The notes beneath the pieces were generated by a model. That model made no database searches and was not told where the DNA came from. It was given only the letters and a program-made list of their open reading frames with translations. Below, in pieces: positions 8,801-15,890 of a stretch of DNA of 16,523 nt. Made by a program: the position numbers and the translations under genes. Position 1 is the first letter of the stretch. Each line of letters opens with the position of its first letter. Origin of the DNA: Bdellovibrionia bacterium (lineage in GTDB: Bacteria > Bdellovibrionota > UBA1018); the NCBI GenBank assembly GCA_049424145.1, contig JBMSSC010000057.1, positions 1 through 16,523 on the forward strand. The letters run 5' to 3'.

Positions 8801-10294
8801 AACTACGGAGAAACCATTCCAAGCCAGCGAGCCCGTGTGATTTTTGGTACAAACTCGACCTCCAATCCGCCTGTGAATGGCATAGGTACCGCAGCTACCC
8901 TCAAATTTCCCCGAGGCATTGCACAGATCGAATCGGGCTTAGGCAGTCCCGCTCTCTTAGTGGCCGAAGCAGGAAGCTTTGCCGTACGAAGCTTCGATTT
9001 GGGACAATTCACAACAAAAACGCTCTTAGGTTCCTACCAGTGGAGAAACGGGGCCTCCCTTCTGGGACAGCCTAATGTGGCCTCTCCCTCGGCTCAACTC
9101 AACACCCCAGGCTCTCTTGTTTTTCATCCCACTCAGAATCGACTTTATGTCTCCGACTCGAACAATTTTGCGATCCGCTCCATTGATCTTCAGACTGGAC
9201 TCGTTAACACGGAGATCGGAAGTCACGCATCAGGTTCAACTCTCACAGGAATTTCGAGCAACATTAACGTAAATCAACCCCGAGGGCTGGCCCTAGCAGG
9301 CAGTAGTTCGTCGCTGCTCATCTTTGCTGACCAATCCAATACTTGGGACGTTTCTGCCAATAATCGCTGCCAAATTCGAGTCGCAAAGGGAACCACCTCT
9401 TTCTCAGATTCCGTTCTTGGAATGACGGTGTCCGACAACAATACGGCATTTTTAGTAGGGACCGATACAACCTCTTGTGACAGCATCGGATCGACCTCCC
9501 AAGGCTCACCGATCACCAATAATCGATACTCAGGAGTTCCTCGCCTCAACGCTCCTGAAGGAGTGGCCTACGATTCAACCACAGACACTCTTTATTTCTC
9601 GAACCAAAAGGATCATTGCATATTAAAAGCCAACTCAAACGGAGTCAGTGTTTTTCTCGGAGATTGCAATGAGAACCAAAGTACGACGCTCCAAGAGACG
9701 GACTTTGGCCTGAGCCTATGGAGCCCTCGTCTCAATCGCCCCACAGCCATCCTCATGGACCCGCTTGTTCCAGGAAACCTATGGATCGCGGATGCACCCG
9801 TTCGGCTCACTGACAACACGACTGCCTTCTCCCGCTTACTCTATGTCAATACCCAACCCAGTAACCAGTCAATCGCCGGCCTTACGATCCCTGCGCGCTA
9901 TGATGCCGATCACCCCTCAGTGACCCGCATTGAGACCGTTTCGACGTCCAGTTCCGAGCCGCAAGGACAAACTCCGGGATCGATCTGGGGAATTGCTGCG
10001 TTTGAGAATCAAGTCTGCTACTCCGCTGGGGATCCCAAAGAAGGTTTCATCGGTCCTCATCAAGTCCGTTGTATCGATCGTTCGACGGGTTCCATTCAGG
10101 CTCTGATTGGCTCTCCCGAGAGTGGAGGAAATAATCCCCGAGGAGGAGCTGCTTTGGGGGTTGAGACTGCTGCAACCCCAGGCAATGAAACTCTCTTAAA
10201 CAGTCCTTTTGGATTAGCGTTTGATTCTGATGGCAATCTCTACATCTCTGAGTCCTCCAGTCATCTCATTCGTATGGTCAGACGTTGGTGGTAA
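2849..10294 (+). CDS. Giant (2481 aa) putative surface lipoprotein with Ig-like repeats, a Big_1-type domain and NHL-repeat beta-propellers
   Basis: Hydrophobic stretch plus lipobox LSGC (Cys69, codon 3053-3055). Six ~100-aa Cys-paired repeats at ~4013-5791. Big_1-like SGNNQTG...KDLYNNPV...VTW...TTDSAGLAST at ~5795-6082. NHL motifs include LNSPSGLAY..DDLFIADSGNNRVAKL and LNSPFGLAFDSDGNLYISESSSHLIRMV. Ser/Thr/Gly/Pro-rich. Confidence 0.88.
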   Translation: MNTKELNQQIKPKPSSVKLTHPPIATGLRSSPDSGPLHSGSSQRTPQPVPKLLQSFIACVSLSLALSGCFGDSQQRDGYTQVTIDGGSAHPKGSMRRQASPQNTSLLDRNSFEANSLIKLPGGLMVYFQGINGTDNSYGNYISDENSTTSFSIKNGSYRAFAFGYTSAGIINAGGASQIQCGMGTGSDGSNLIQLNGTEQTISFILNYAGCSAFNQFNTGNASNPIAPLQLSTCSKVDPSTFCASPSRAGTVKSAYVRLQTFSREGGAVQFNSDSLNAIPGMTVQSGCISLNSSSNSFFIPSGSSAHGFMTPVPFSIEGYTTLGCSGSTPGRYFIGPNLITTTTSIIGPNGSPPDLNGGIASALEPISSGPGTYSSLKLHLRDFSTEGIISPPAVTTPGASPYYSNLHSLPLTLSCLTGGTVSIVPNAPSGSTLSLSPAAPMTCPGTGLLTYSLTASGDGNYSVSFYQVDSSGNLSGSSSFQWMVSQTLPSGLAITSPAPLVQSPSPNSFTTATGSSLQIQGNNCQNGAVVYLYGPQNLTTTCSLGTFTFPSITQTTPGTYSYSLTQTDLYGNTSPSTPFTWIVSPPSVSPPALSAASPGTLITTPTNTLYSNSNSLNLSGTCEIGATVTLTLPPQVTLSSGSLSLSCATGSFSYNLTSTTDGSYSLSLTQEKNGGVSSATILTWSRNTIGPSPVTLNTPSPLSSTPSPNSYTSVLGSPITLSGVCQSNTQVSLFRGGSLLQSQTCNGGSNFTFYSINETEPGSYSYSLEQTDLFGNKSSPTPFNWSVTPPPVTLTSTSEKGALTVGITTVLSNTASLSIQGTCRIGSSVELSVVPAAIVSPAGAQSCATGNFSYTVSPSSDQIYTLSFTQFANGISSPSRSLNWDRNTTIPPSPSVSAPSPSSYSSSAGTSLTLTGTCQSGLTVWIYGAYNAQVSCLSSSFSFTLPNQSSVGSYTYQIKQKNSYGTASPSIPFTWNVTAASPQQILIQSGNNQTGAINTPLTDSFQVLIKDLYNNPVPSQGVTWAIIQGSGLLSPINSTTDSAGLASTRLTLGSTSGTYQVTATVPGLSPVTFSAQASAGIVCSPSAQTVLTSTSALNSQILHIEGSGASHFNWWSSSLGTPSSALPSVTSGSLTVSWNEVATGTSTYHVLPDGSASGCSFVVTKNQPPSISLVSPSLEALPAGKPYRISRIGSLSVEVSGSESDNHPLSYEWFLDETAAPPEYNSYQINFQPSTIQWVTLGAHTLSVRAFDGYEYSNPLQLPIFINAFSPACNDLFNSPISPDAKTCTLVGQSQIGDGEIINPNWDGPQSPSKVRISPSHVIADNQGNLIVADSASHVIWFWNRTGSLVNRWGMIIQPQQLKVIVGNGASGRTRDNAINTQAKLNSPSGLAYQSSTDDLFIADSGNNRVAKLSGADGKLSTVLGQKPDGGSTPTNSTTGNSNGSPGIQHYCEFPSDVKLINSDLYVACQGSHTIKKVNLNDTNYATTILVGALKNGKSYPSLADGPVAPSLMTSAESGTFAPSSLDTDSQGNLYWNDASNRIRVANLGSTSSLSLWGGSSLASTSPALPSISAVVGTLSINHLGTPMLSIPSGGGGGAGVTPSIGMRVIGPGLERNTTITSMTTSGVNTILELNPLIRANSFTSIGPIKIPLILQQTTSTPAVTGVYFSSTSSGEINSLSSGSIVQPIAYPGATLGTLSAEIIGAGRSIVTGSCQSFVVMFQKGGLATANTSGNDLTVTMSGVGLNLPSEIYLNASCTNTAISGVGSFTIPYAQISGKSFVQFSFQNLSGSGTLLSLSVSGAGLGTPRNQNFPVSSTVPSGTLSPFVNSYTNPSHLSQECLPILVRLSNSSGYLAKPQSSFSVKAIHNGIGSFYSDPSCGTQNSSLTFGTTEFEKIIYYKSTAIAAPNHTVSFVGTSNREFSSELGDHSFLLSNAGPFEIPVDRKSSISVKRNTATVELDGIFITRPIQNQILYLNHTSSAVNYGETIPSQRARVIFGTNSTSNPPVNGIGTAATLKFPRGIAQIESGLGSPALLVAEAGSFAVRSFDLGQFTTKTLLGSYQWRNGASLLGQPNVASPSAQLNTPGSLVFHPTQNRLYVSDSNNFAIRSIDLQTGLVNTEIGSHASGSTLTGISSNINVNQPRGLALAGSSSSLLIFADQSNTWDVSANNRCQIRVAKGTTSFSDSVLGMTVSDNNTAFLVGTDTTSCDSIGSTSQGSPITNNRYSGVPRLNAPEGVAYDSTTDTLYFSNQKDHCILKANSNGVSVFLGDCNENQSTTLQETDFGLSLWSPRLNRPTAILMDPLVPGNLWIADAPVRLTDNTTAFSRLLYVNTQPSNQSIAGLTIPARYDADHPSVTRIETVSTSSSEPQGQTPGSIWGIAAFENQVCYSAGDPKEGFIGPHQVRCIDRSTGSIQALIGSPESGGNNPRGGAALGVETAATPGNETLLNSPFGLAFDSDGNLYISESSSHLIRMVRRWW
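4013..5791 (+). repeat. Six intragenic ~100-aa Ig-like repeats in (AB)3 arrangement
   Basis: Each repeat has C..G..V...C..G.F....G.Y....Q....G..S......W. DNA similarity is visible about 600 nt apart, e.g. CAGACCGACCTGTATGGAAAC (~4547) vs CAGACCGACCTCTTTGGAAAC (~5159). Confidence 0.85.
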
Positions 10295-10472
10295 TAGGCT
10301 CAATTGTAAATCACCAGCAGGCCCGGGAAAGAACCTCTCCTCTTTTCAAAGGCAGATCACAAGGCCCAGCTGAAATAGCTCTTTGCGTTAATTCCTCCTG
10401 TTCACGAGATTGAGCTCCTGAGTTGTCCGATCCGCCATCTGCCTTCAACTTGCTGATCTTTTTCAAAGAAGT

Positions 10473-10513
10473 TTGATCTAGGCCTTGAGGTTGTTACACT
10501 TTGATTATAAAAT
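10473..10513 (+). promoter_or_regulatory. Candidate sigma70-type promoter(s) for the delta-60/beta-barrel pair
   Basis: TTGAGG(10485-10490)-17 nt-TAAAAT(10508-10513). A second candidate is TTGATC(10473-10478)-16 nt-TACACT(10495-10500) with an extended -10 TG. Both lie in a locally AT-rich stretch. Confidence 0.4.
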
Positions 10514-10520
10514 TATCTAA

Positions 10521-12407
10521 GTGACTGGAACTCAAGACTTGAGAACTTTCAAATTTTATTCTTTAAACCCATTCAAGCATAAACAAAGTCTCACTAGACT
10601 TCTATTCACCATGACTCTCACGTCGTGTTCCCCGATTTTAGATTCCAAGGTCAATTTCGTGCTGATTCAGAACCTAGGACTGGGACGCTTTGGTTACTCA
10701 GGAGAAGCGCTCAATCCAGCCCCTGAGCTTCGTGTTTATCAGATTTTCCCAAGCCTCATGCTCTATACGGATCTGAACGAATCCGTTTCTCTTCAGGCCT
10801 TTAGTGACTCCTCCTGCCACACGCCCCTAAGTTCTGATCGTTTTACAGGAACTTCCTCAGTCAGCTTAAGTGGTGGGATTGCTCAGTTTTCAGATTTCAT
10901 CGTAACTTTGCCACAGCCCCAAGAATCCACCATTTATTTCTCAGGTACCCTGGGATCTCAGTCCATGCACACTTGTAGTCAATCCTTCTCCATCTTACAA
11001 CACTTCAACCTAGGCAAGGGGTTCGTTCATTTTGGTAGCCCAGGAGTCGCCGGAGCTAACTCCCTATCCACGGTAAACGATGTCGGCCGCATCCATCGAG
11101 TTACTTCTGAAGGAAACTTCATCCTGGCTGGAACCAGCAAAAACCTCAATGGGGGAACTGAGATGGCTCTTTGGCGATACCTACCCACAGGGGCGCTCGA
11201 CCCAAGCTTCAACTCAACTGGATATCAGCACTCAGGACCTGTGGGAGCTGCAGGTGCGACCTCCTCACAAGAAGACGAGCTTGTGGTGGATCTTCAGATC
11301 ACCTCATTAGGAGACTACTTAGTCCTAGGCAAAAGCAAAAACACTTCAGGCGGCTATGAAATCGCTCTTTGGAAGATCAAACCGGATGGGTCTTTTGACT
11401 CAAGCTTTGCAAGCAGCGGAGTTTTTCATTCGGGCACTCCGGGGGTCACGGGGAACGCTTTAGCAGGAAGTGTCCTTGACTATCCGCGATCGATGGCCTT
11501 AGACCGTGATGGGAAAATTATCGTAACCGGTTCAAGCCTCAATCCGAACGGTGGTCGAGAACTGTTTGTTCTAAGACTCAACCCCAACGGATCCATCGAC
11601 TCCTCTTTCGGAAACTCAGGGATTTACCGTTTTGGATCACCAGGACTGGCAGGGGCTACAGGCAGCTTTGAACACGACATCGGGTACTCCGTTCAAATCA
11701 CAGCTCAGGGAGCCTACATCATTGCAGGAACTTCTCGCAACCCTTCCAATCAATATCAGCTCGCCGTCTGGAAGCTCCTGGCATCCGGACTCACTTTGGA
11801 TTCAACTTTTGGGTCCCAAGGCACTCTGACGTATGGCAGCACCGGAGCGGCACTGGGAAGCGGATCTCAACTCAAGGACATCGGACGCTCCCTGCAAATC
11901 GACCCCGAGGGAAATCTCATCATCGCAGGTTCGAGTAATAATCCTATTGGATTACCTGAGATGGCTCTTTGGAAGTACTCCAGTCAAGGCGCTTTAGATA
12001 CCCAATTTGGGAACTCAGGAGTGCTCCACTCAGGCTCCACTCGATCTGCAGCAGGTCTAGGCTCCAGCTACTGGGATGAAGGTTACTCCGTTGTCGTTGA
12101 CGCGGCTCAAAAGCACTACCTAGTATCAGGATCGAGCAAGAACGCTGACTCAGGGACCCAAGCTGCCCTCTGGCGTGTTTCATTTGACGGCTCTTGGGAT
12201 CCAACCTTCAATTTTTATGGCTCAGCTTTTACTCCGGAAACTGGAAGTGATGAACAAATGACCTCCGCCACAGTGCTGGATCAAGCTTACTCCATCAGTC
12301 TTGATCCCGTTCAAACCTACACTCTAGTGGGCTCCTCAAAAAACTCAAGCGGAGGAACGGAGTTGGCAATCTGGCGATTTTTAAACCTAGGAATACTCAA
12401 CCGATGA
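10521..12407 (+). CDS. Delta-60-repeat (DUF5122-like) beta-propeller putative lipoprotein with an N-terminal Ig-like domain
   Basis: Lipobox-like LTSC (Cys36, 10626-10628). Repeated G.(L/F/I)D.SF...G motif with Asp codons at 11199, 11397, 11598, 11799, 11997 and 12198 (spacing 198-201 nt). Each repeat has G.S.N..GG.E.ALW. GTG start lacks an SD, so the start is uncertain. Confidence 0.82.
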   Translation: MTGTQDLRTFKFYSLNPFKHKQSLTRLLFTMTLTSCSPILDSKVNFVLIQNLGLGRFGYSGEALNPAPELRVYQIFPSLMLYTDLNESVSLQAFSDSSCHTPLSSDRFTGTSSVSLSGGIAQFSDFIVTLPQPQESTIYFSGTLGSQSMHTCSQSFSILQHFNLGKGFVHFGSPGVAGANSLSTVNDVGRIHRVTSEGNFILAGTSKNLNGGTEMALWRYLPTGALDPSFNSTGYQHSGPVGAAGATSSQEDELVVDLQITSLGDYLVLGKSKNTSGGYEIALWKIKPDGSFDSSFASSGVFHSGTPGVTGNALAGSVLDYPRSMALDRDGKIIVTGSSLNPNGGRELFVLRLNPNGSIDSSFGNSGIYRFGSPGLAGATGSFEHDIGYSVQITAQGAYIIAGTSRNPSNQYQLAVWKLLASGLTLDSTFGSQGTLTYGSTGAALGSGSQLKDIGRSLQIDPEGNLIIAGSSNNPIGLPEMALWKYSSQGALDTQFGNSGVLHSGSTRSAAGLGSSYWDEGYSVVVDAAQKHYLVSGSSKNADSGTQAALWRVSFDGSWDPTFNFYGSAFTPETGSDEQMTSATVLDQAYSISLDPVQTYTLVGSSKNSSGGTELAIWRFLNLGILNR

Positions 12408-13303
12408 GAGAACCTCGAAGCATCCCCTTCTGCATCCGTATTGCTGTTTTTTCTACTGCCCTGGGTTTTGGTACCCTCCCCGGGTCATGCCCTCTGCAGG
12501 CTGATCCATTTCCGCCACCGAGCCTCTCGATTCCAGAGGCCAATGCCCTCTTACCTGAGAGCAGTGCCAACAGCTTGGTTCAAACCGTAGGCTTGTGTTT
12601 TATGCATCGTCCTTATGAGCCTGCCACCTCGGAGGCCACAATTTTTGACTTAGGTGTCGAGGCCACGCTAGCTCAAGCCCCAAGCAGCCTGGCTCAAGCC
12701 TTCTCCACCCTCACCTCAGTTGATGGTTCCTCGAACTCCCCCATGAGTATCCCCTTTCTCCCCTCTCCCAAACTGCACCTCAGAAAGGGATTCAACGATA
12801 CCTGGGATGGAGGAATCTCCGCTCTCTACATTCCAAGCCAGATCCCCTACTTGGGCAATACGCTCATCCTAGGAGGCGATCTCAAAGCGGCGCTCACTCA
12901 CCCCGAAGAAGGACCTCTCATTGCGTTTCGAGGAGCCTACACTTTCACCCAGTTCAACCTCTCCTATCAAGACTACTCGTTACTCACGCAAACTGCGACG
13001 TTCAGTCCTATGCTTTTGATCTCAAGGAAACTCAACTTTGCGGATCCCTACCTCGGCGCAGGCTACCAGTACACCTGGGGCAGTGTTCGACTTTCAGTGC
13101 AAAACCCAAGTCAACTGGCGCAACTGGGCCCGGGAACTGCACTCTCACCTTTTTCAGTGACTCAAAATGGCAGTGCTCAGGGACTCTTTTTTTTCCTCGG
13201 TCTATCGATTAAGACTCCTGCAAAACTTAGAATTTCAATTGAAGGGTCTTATAGTCCTACCGGAATCAATACCCTGGGCACAAAAATCGGATTTACCCTC
13301 TAG
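12404..13303 (+). CDS. Putative outer-membrane beta-barrel protein, DUF6588-like
   Basis: N-terminal signal-like segment. Motifs HRPYEPAT, LGVEAT, LPSPKLHLRKG, ISRKLNFADPYLGAGYQY. Amphipathic strands and a terminal strand LGTKIGFTL. ATGA overlap with the upstream stop. Family name is from recollection of the motif pattern. Confidence 0.62.
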   Translation: MREPRSIPFCIRIAVFSTALGFGTLPGSCPLQADPFPPPSLSIPEANALLPESSANSLVQTVGLCFMHRPYEPATSEATIFDLGVEATLAQAPSSLAQAFSTLTSVDGSSNSPMSIPFLPSPKLHLRKGFNDTWDGGISALYIPSQIPYLGNTLILGGDLKAALTHPEEGPLIAFRGAYTFTQFNLSYQDYSLLTQTATFSPMLLISRKLNFADPYLGAGYQYTWGSVRLSVQNPSQLAQLGPGTALSPFSVTQNGSAQGLFFFLGLSIKTPAKLRISIEGSYSPTGINTLGTKIGFTL

Positions 13304-14484
13304 CGACGGTACCCATGGGAGCTCATCGCAGGAAATTCAATCCATCGAAAACTGAGGGTTGCAAGGCCTAGGATCAACCCGAATGAGCTCAGCACCACTC
13401 CCCAGTACTGTTCAAACGAGAGGCTCATCATCTGATCCATCCCCACAACCCAGTGAAAAATCCAAAACAAGATCACCCCATGAAGAAGATACACTCCATA
13501 GGAAATGGTACCTAAGAACTGCAGCCCCGACAGATGAAGAAGCCCCCCCAGGGAGCTGCCCCCAGCAATCCCCCCAAAAATGAGAGTCAAAACCAATTGG
13601 CTCACTGCTGTGTCTGCTGTAGGCGAGTTGAGCACGAGAAAAACCAGTAGCCCCACGATGGCCAGAGATACCCATGAACTTCGACACACCTGAGCCCACC
13701 TTCGATTCATGAGAATTAAGCTCACTGCCACTCCCCCGAGGAAGCTCACCGCCTTCATCGCCATCCAATGGAGCGGATAGGCCAGTGCGGTGCATGCAAG
13801 AAAACTCAAAACCCTGGCTCGAACCGTGGACTTTCGGCCTAAGATCCAAGCCAAAAGCGGAAGAGAGAAATAAAACGCCCACTCAAACGGCAGAGACCAA
13901 CTCACACCTGCACTGACCAGATGAGCCGTCCAAACCGAGTGATTCAAATTCAACCGACCCAAGACCGTAAACAGAAGCCAACTCGTTGTTTCAAGAGCGA
14001 GATCAGCCCAGGACTCAGCTCGACGCCAATGGGTGATCTGCCCTAGGGTCAAAAAAACCAGTCCCACGAAGACTCCATAAAGAGGCGCGATTCTAAGAAA
14101 TCGCTTTCGATACAATCGGAGCCAATCCACGCCTTGTTCAGGGCTTGAGTTGAGGATTTGCCGAGTAAAGAGAAAAGCGGTGATCATAAAAAAAAGGGCA
14201 ACACTACTTTCTCCTAAATGATTATAAAAAGACGACTCCGGAGACTTCCACACTCCCGTTTGAAAGAACACCCACCAAATCTCGGCATGGTGAAAGACAA
14301 TGCACAGGGCTAAAACCCCTCTTAAGCCCTGAAGACTCAAATCCAGATGAGGTGTGGGGGGTTTTCTTAGGAATCGATCAAAAACTCGGGCAATCCCCCC
14401 ACAAAAAATCAAGCCTAATCCCACAGGAATGGGGGAATGCGGGCCTAAAAACGACATTTTCCAACTGAGAAGTAAAGATTCCAT
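13300..14484 (-). CDS. Acyltransferase-3 (OafA/YrhL-like) integral-membrane O-acyltransferase, no fused SGNH domain
   Basis: Motifs LQGLRGVLALCIVFHH, VALFFMITAFL, YRKRFLRIAPLY, WSLPFEWAFY, FLGTISYGVYLLH, FRWIEFP, plus many TM helices. Start moved from GTG 14505 to ATG 14484 because AGGAG lies about 8 nt upstream of it (394 aa). Confidence 0.92.
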   Translation of the reverse strand: MESLLLSWKMSFLGPHSPIPVGLGLIFCGGIARVFDRFLRKPPTPHLDLSLQGLRGVLALCIVFHHAEIWWVFFQTGVWKSPESSFYNHLGESSVALFFMITAFLFTRQILNSSPEQGVDWLRLYRKRFLRIAPLYGVFVGLVFLTLGQITHWRRAESWADLALETTSWLLFTVLGRLNLNHSVWTAHLVSAGVSWSLPFEWAFYFSLPLLAWILGRKSTVRARVLSFLACTALAYPLHWMAMKAVSFLGGVAVSLILMNRRWAQVCRSSWVSLAIVGLLVFLVLNSPTADTAVSQLVLTLIFGGIAGGSSLGGLLHLSGLQFLGTISYGVYLLHGVILFWIFHWVVGMDQMMSLSFEQYWGVVLSSFGLILGLATLSFRWIEFPAMSSHGYRR

Positions 14485-14736
14485 CTTTTTTCTCCTGAGT
14501 TTCACCCATCAGCAGGCCGCGTTCATCCGCCTCAAGGGGCTTCACAAAAAGCCGAGAGAAAGCACAAATGGGTCGCATTTTAACTCGTCTCCTCTGAGTG
14601 TAACTCAGGCATTTCGGTCCGTCGAGAAAAGCACAGCCCTCACCTTACCCTGCATCTCACCTAGGACCTAGATCCCAATTCAGGTTACGCCTCCGCGGGG
14701 GGCTTTGGGGGCTAACGATGACGCACTCAGGGATCT

Positions 14737-15858
14737 CTAGGCAATCCGCTCCTGCTGATGAACTGATTGCGAAAGACTCTGAAAATCAAGCCTCTCTAAA
14801 AGGTCATTATAAATGACCAATCCTTCCACGCGATCGTGAGAAGAAACTGGCAACGCTCCATAAAAAGCCAGATCCATCAGGCGGTCTTGAATCGGCATGT
14901 CCCACTCTAAGGGCACCCCGACTTTTTCCATAACGCTGGAGGCTTTGAGTTTGGGCCATAAAGAGGGCTCCAGCTGCCGTAATGCATCCAGACGAATAAT
15001 CCCAGGCTCACTCGTGTGAGTCTCCACGGGGAGGATCCGCAGTCTTAACTCCATCATCCTGAGTGCCACCGTTGACAACGGATCCGACTCATCAATCGGG
15101 TCCAAGACAATCCCCACTTGACGAGCCGTTAACGCGTGCAGCATCGATTGACTGGAGACCATCATCCATTCACTGCTCGCAGCCGTATAAAGAAACACCG
15201 CAATGAGCACAAGCAGTAAGTTGAATCCCAGAAAACCAAAAATCCCTAAAACCCAAGCAAACGCTTTGGCCACTTGCACGCTGCGTTGGGTGGCTTTGAG
15301 CATGCCTTGACGAGCAGCCAGAAAGGATCGCAAAGCACGCCCACCATCTAAAGGGAAAGCGGGCAAAAGATTAAACACACCGAGCACCAAATTGACTTGA
15401 GCCAGCCAATAGGAGAAAAAAGCCAGATTTCCTGAGGCAAAAGTCTGATAAGAGAGGAACAAAAGGGCCGCCAGAAAAAAACTCATCAAAGGTCCCACAA
15501 TGGAAATCTTAAGCTCCGCATAAGGAGACTCGGGAATCTGCCCCATCTCCGACACCCCCCCTAACATCATCAATGTGACGGCATGAACTCTGACTCCTAG
15601 GCGCTGGGCCATCCAGACGTGGGCAAACTCGTGGATAACAACCGAAAAGAGCAGCCCCAGGGAAAAGAGAAAGCCCCAAAGAAAGCCCTTTTGAGTGATT
15701 TGTGAGGGGTCCATCTGAGACTCCCTCAGCACGTGGGGAAACTGAGCTTGAGCCATGAGCAGAACATAGAGAAGAAGAAACACCAGGCTAAAATGGATGT
15801 TGAGATCGACCCCACGGAAACCGCCGATTCTCCAGCCCTTGATTCTCCCCGCTTTCAC
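14737..15858 (-). CDS. Site-2 protease family (peptidase M50) intramembrane zinc metalloprotease with degenerate C-terminal CBS pair
   Basis: HEFAH zinc motif, ISIVGPL, FNLLPAFPLDGGR (NxxPxxxLDG) and TM segments. Soluble tail with CBS-like LPV motifs. AAGGGA upstream of the GTG. Confidence 0.93.
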   Translation of the reverse strand: MKAGRIKGWRIGGFRGVDLNIHFSLVFLLLYVLLMAQAQFPHVLRESQMDPSQITQKGFLWGFLFSLGLLFSVVIHEFAHVWMAQRLGVRVHAVTLMMLGGVSEMGQIPESPYAELKISIVGPLMSFFLAALLFLSYQTFASGNLAFFSYWLAQVNLVLGVFNLLPAFPLDGGRALRSFLAARQGMLKATQRSVQVAKAFAWVLGIFGFLGFNLLLVLIAVFLYTAASSEWMMVSSQSMLHALTARQVGIVLDPIDESDPLSTVALRMMELRLRILPVETHTSEPGIIRLDALRQLEPSLWPKLKASSVMEKVGVPLEWDMPIQDRLMDLAFYGALPVSSHDRVEGLVIYNDLLERLDFQSLSQSVHQQERIA

Positions 15859-15890
15859 GTTCTTGATCCCTTTGTGGCCGTTTCGTTTAC

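Noticed and set aside
3213..9819. Many other 60-106 aa ORFs on both strands inside the giant gene
   Set aside because: Alternative-frame by-products of Ser/Thr/Pro codon bias. None has independent support.
5795..10294. Calling the giant protein an invasin/intimin, teneurin or RHS toxin
   Set aside because: No N-terminal inverse-autotransporter barrel, no YD repeats, no RHS core or toxin tip. Only the Big_1-like and NHL parts are shared.
10349..10445. 9-bp inverted repeat AAGGCAGAT/ATCTGCCTT downstream of the giant gene
   Set aside because: Arms are about 80 nt apart with no clear internal structure or U-tract, so it cannot be called a terminator or ncRNA.
10995..12400. ~200-nt periodicity considered as a CRISPR or DNA repeat array
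   Set aside because: Periodicity is at the protein level with synonymous divergence. There are no identical DNA repeats or spacers.
14378..14578. 66-aa minus-strand ORF with a GAGGAG upstream
   Set aside because: Overlaps the acyltransferase 5' end out of frame by about 100 nt and has no recognisable features. A regulatory uORF cannot be excluded but is unsupported.
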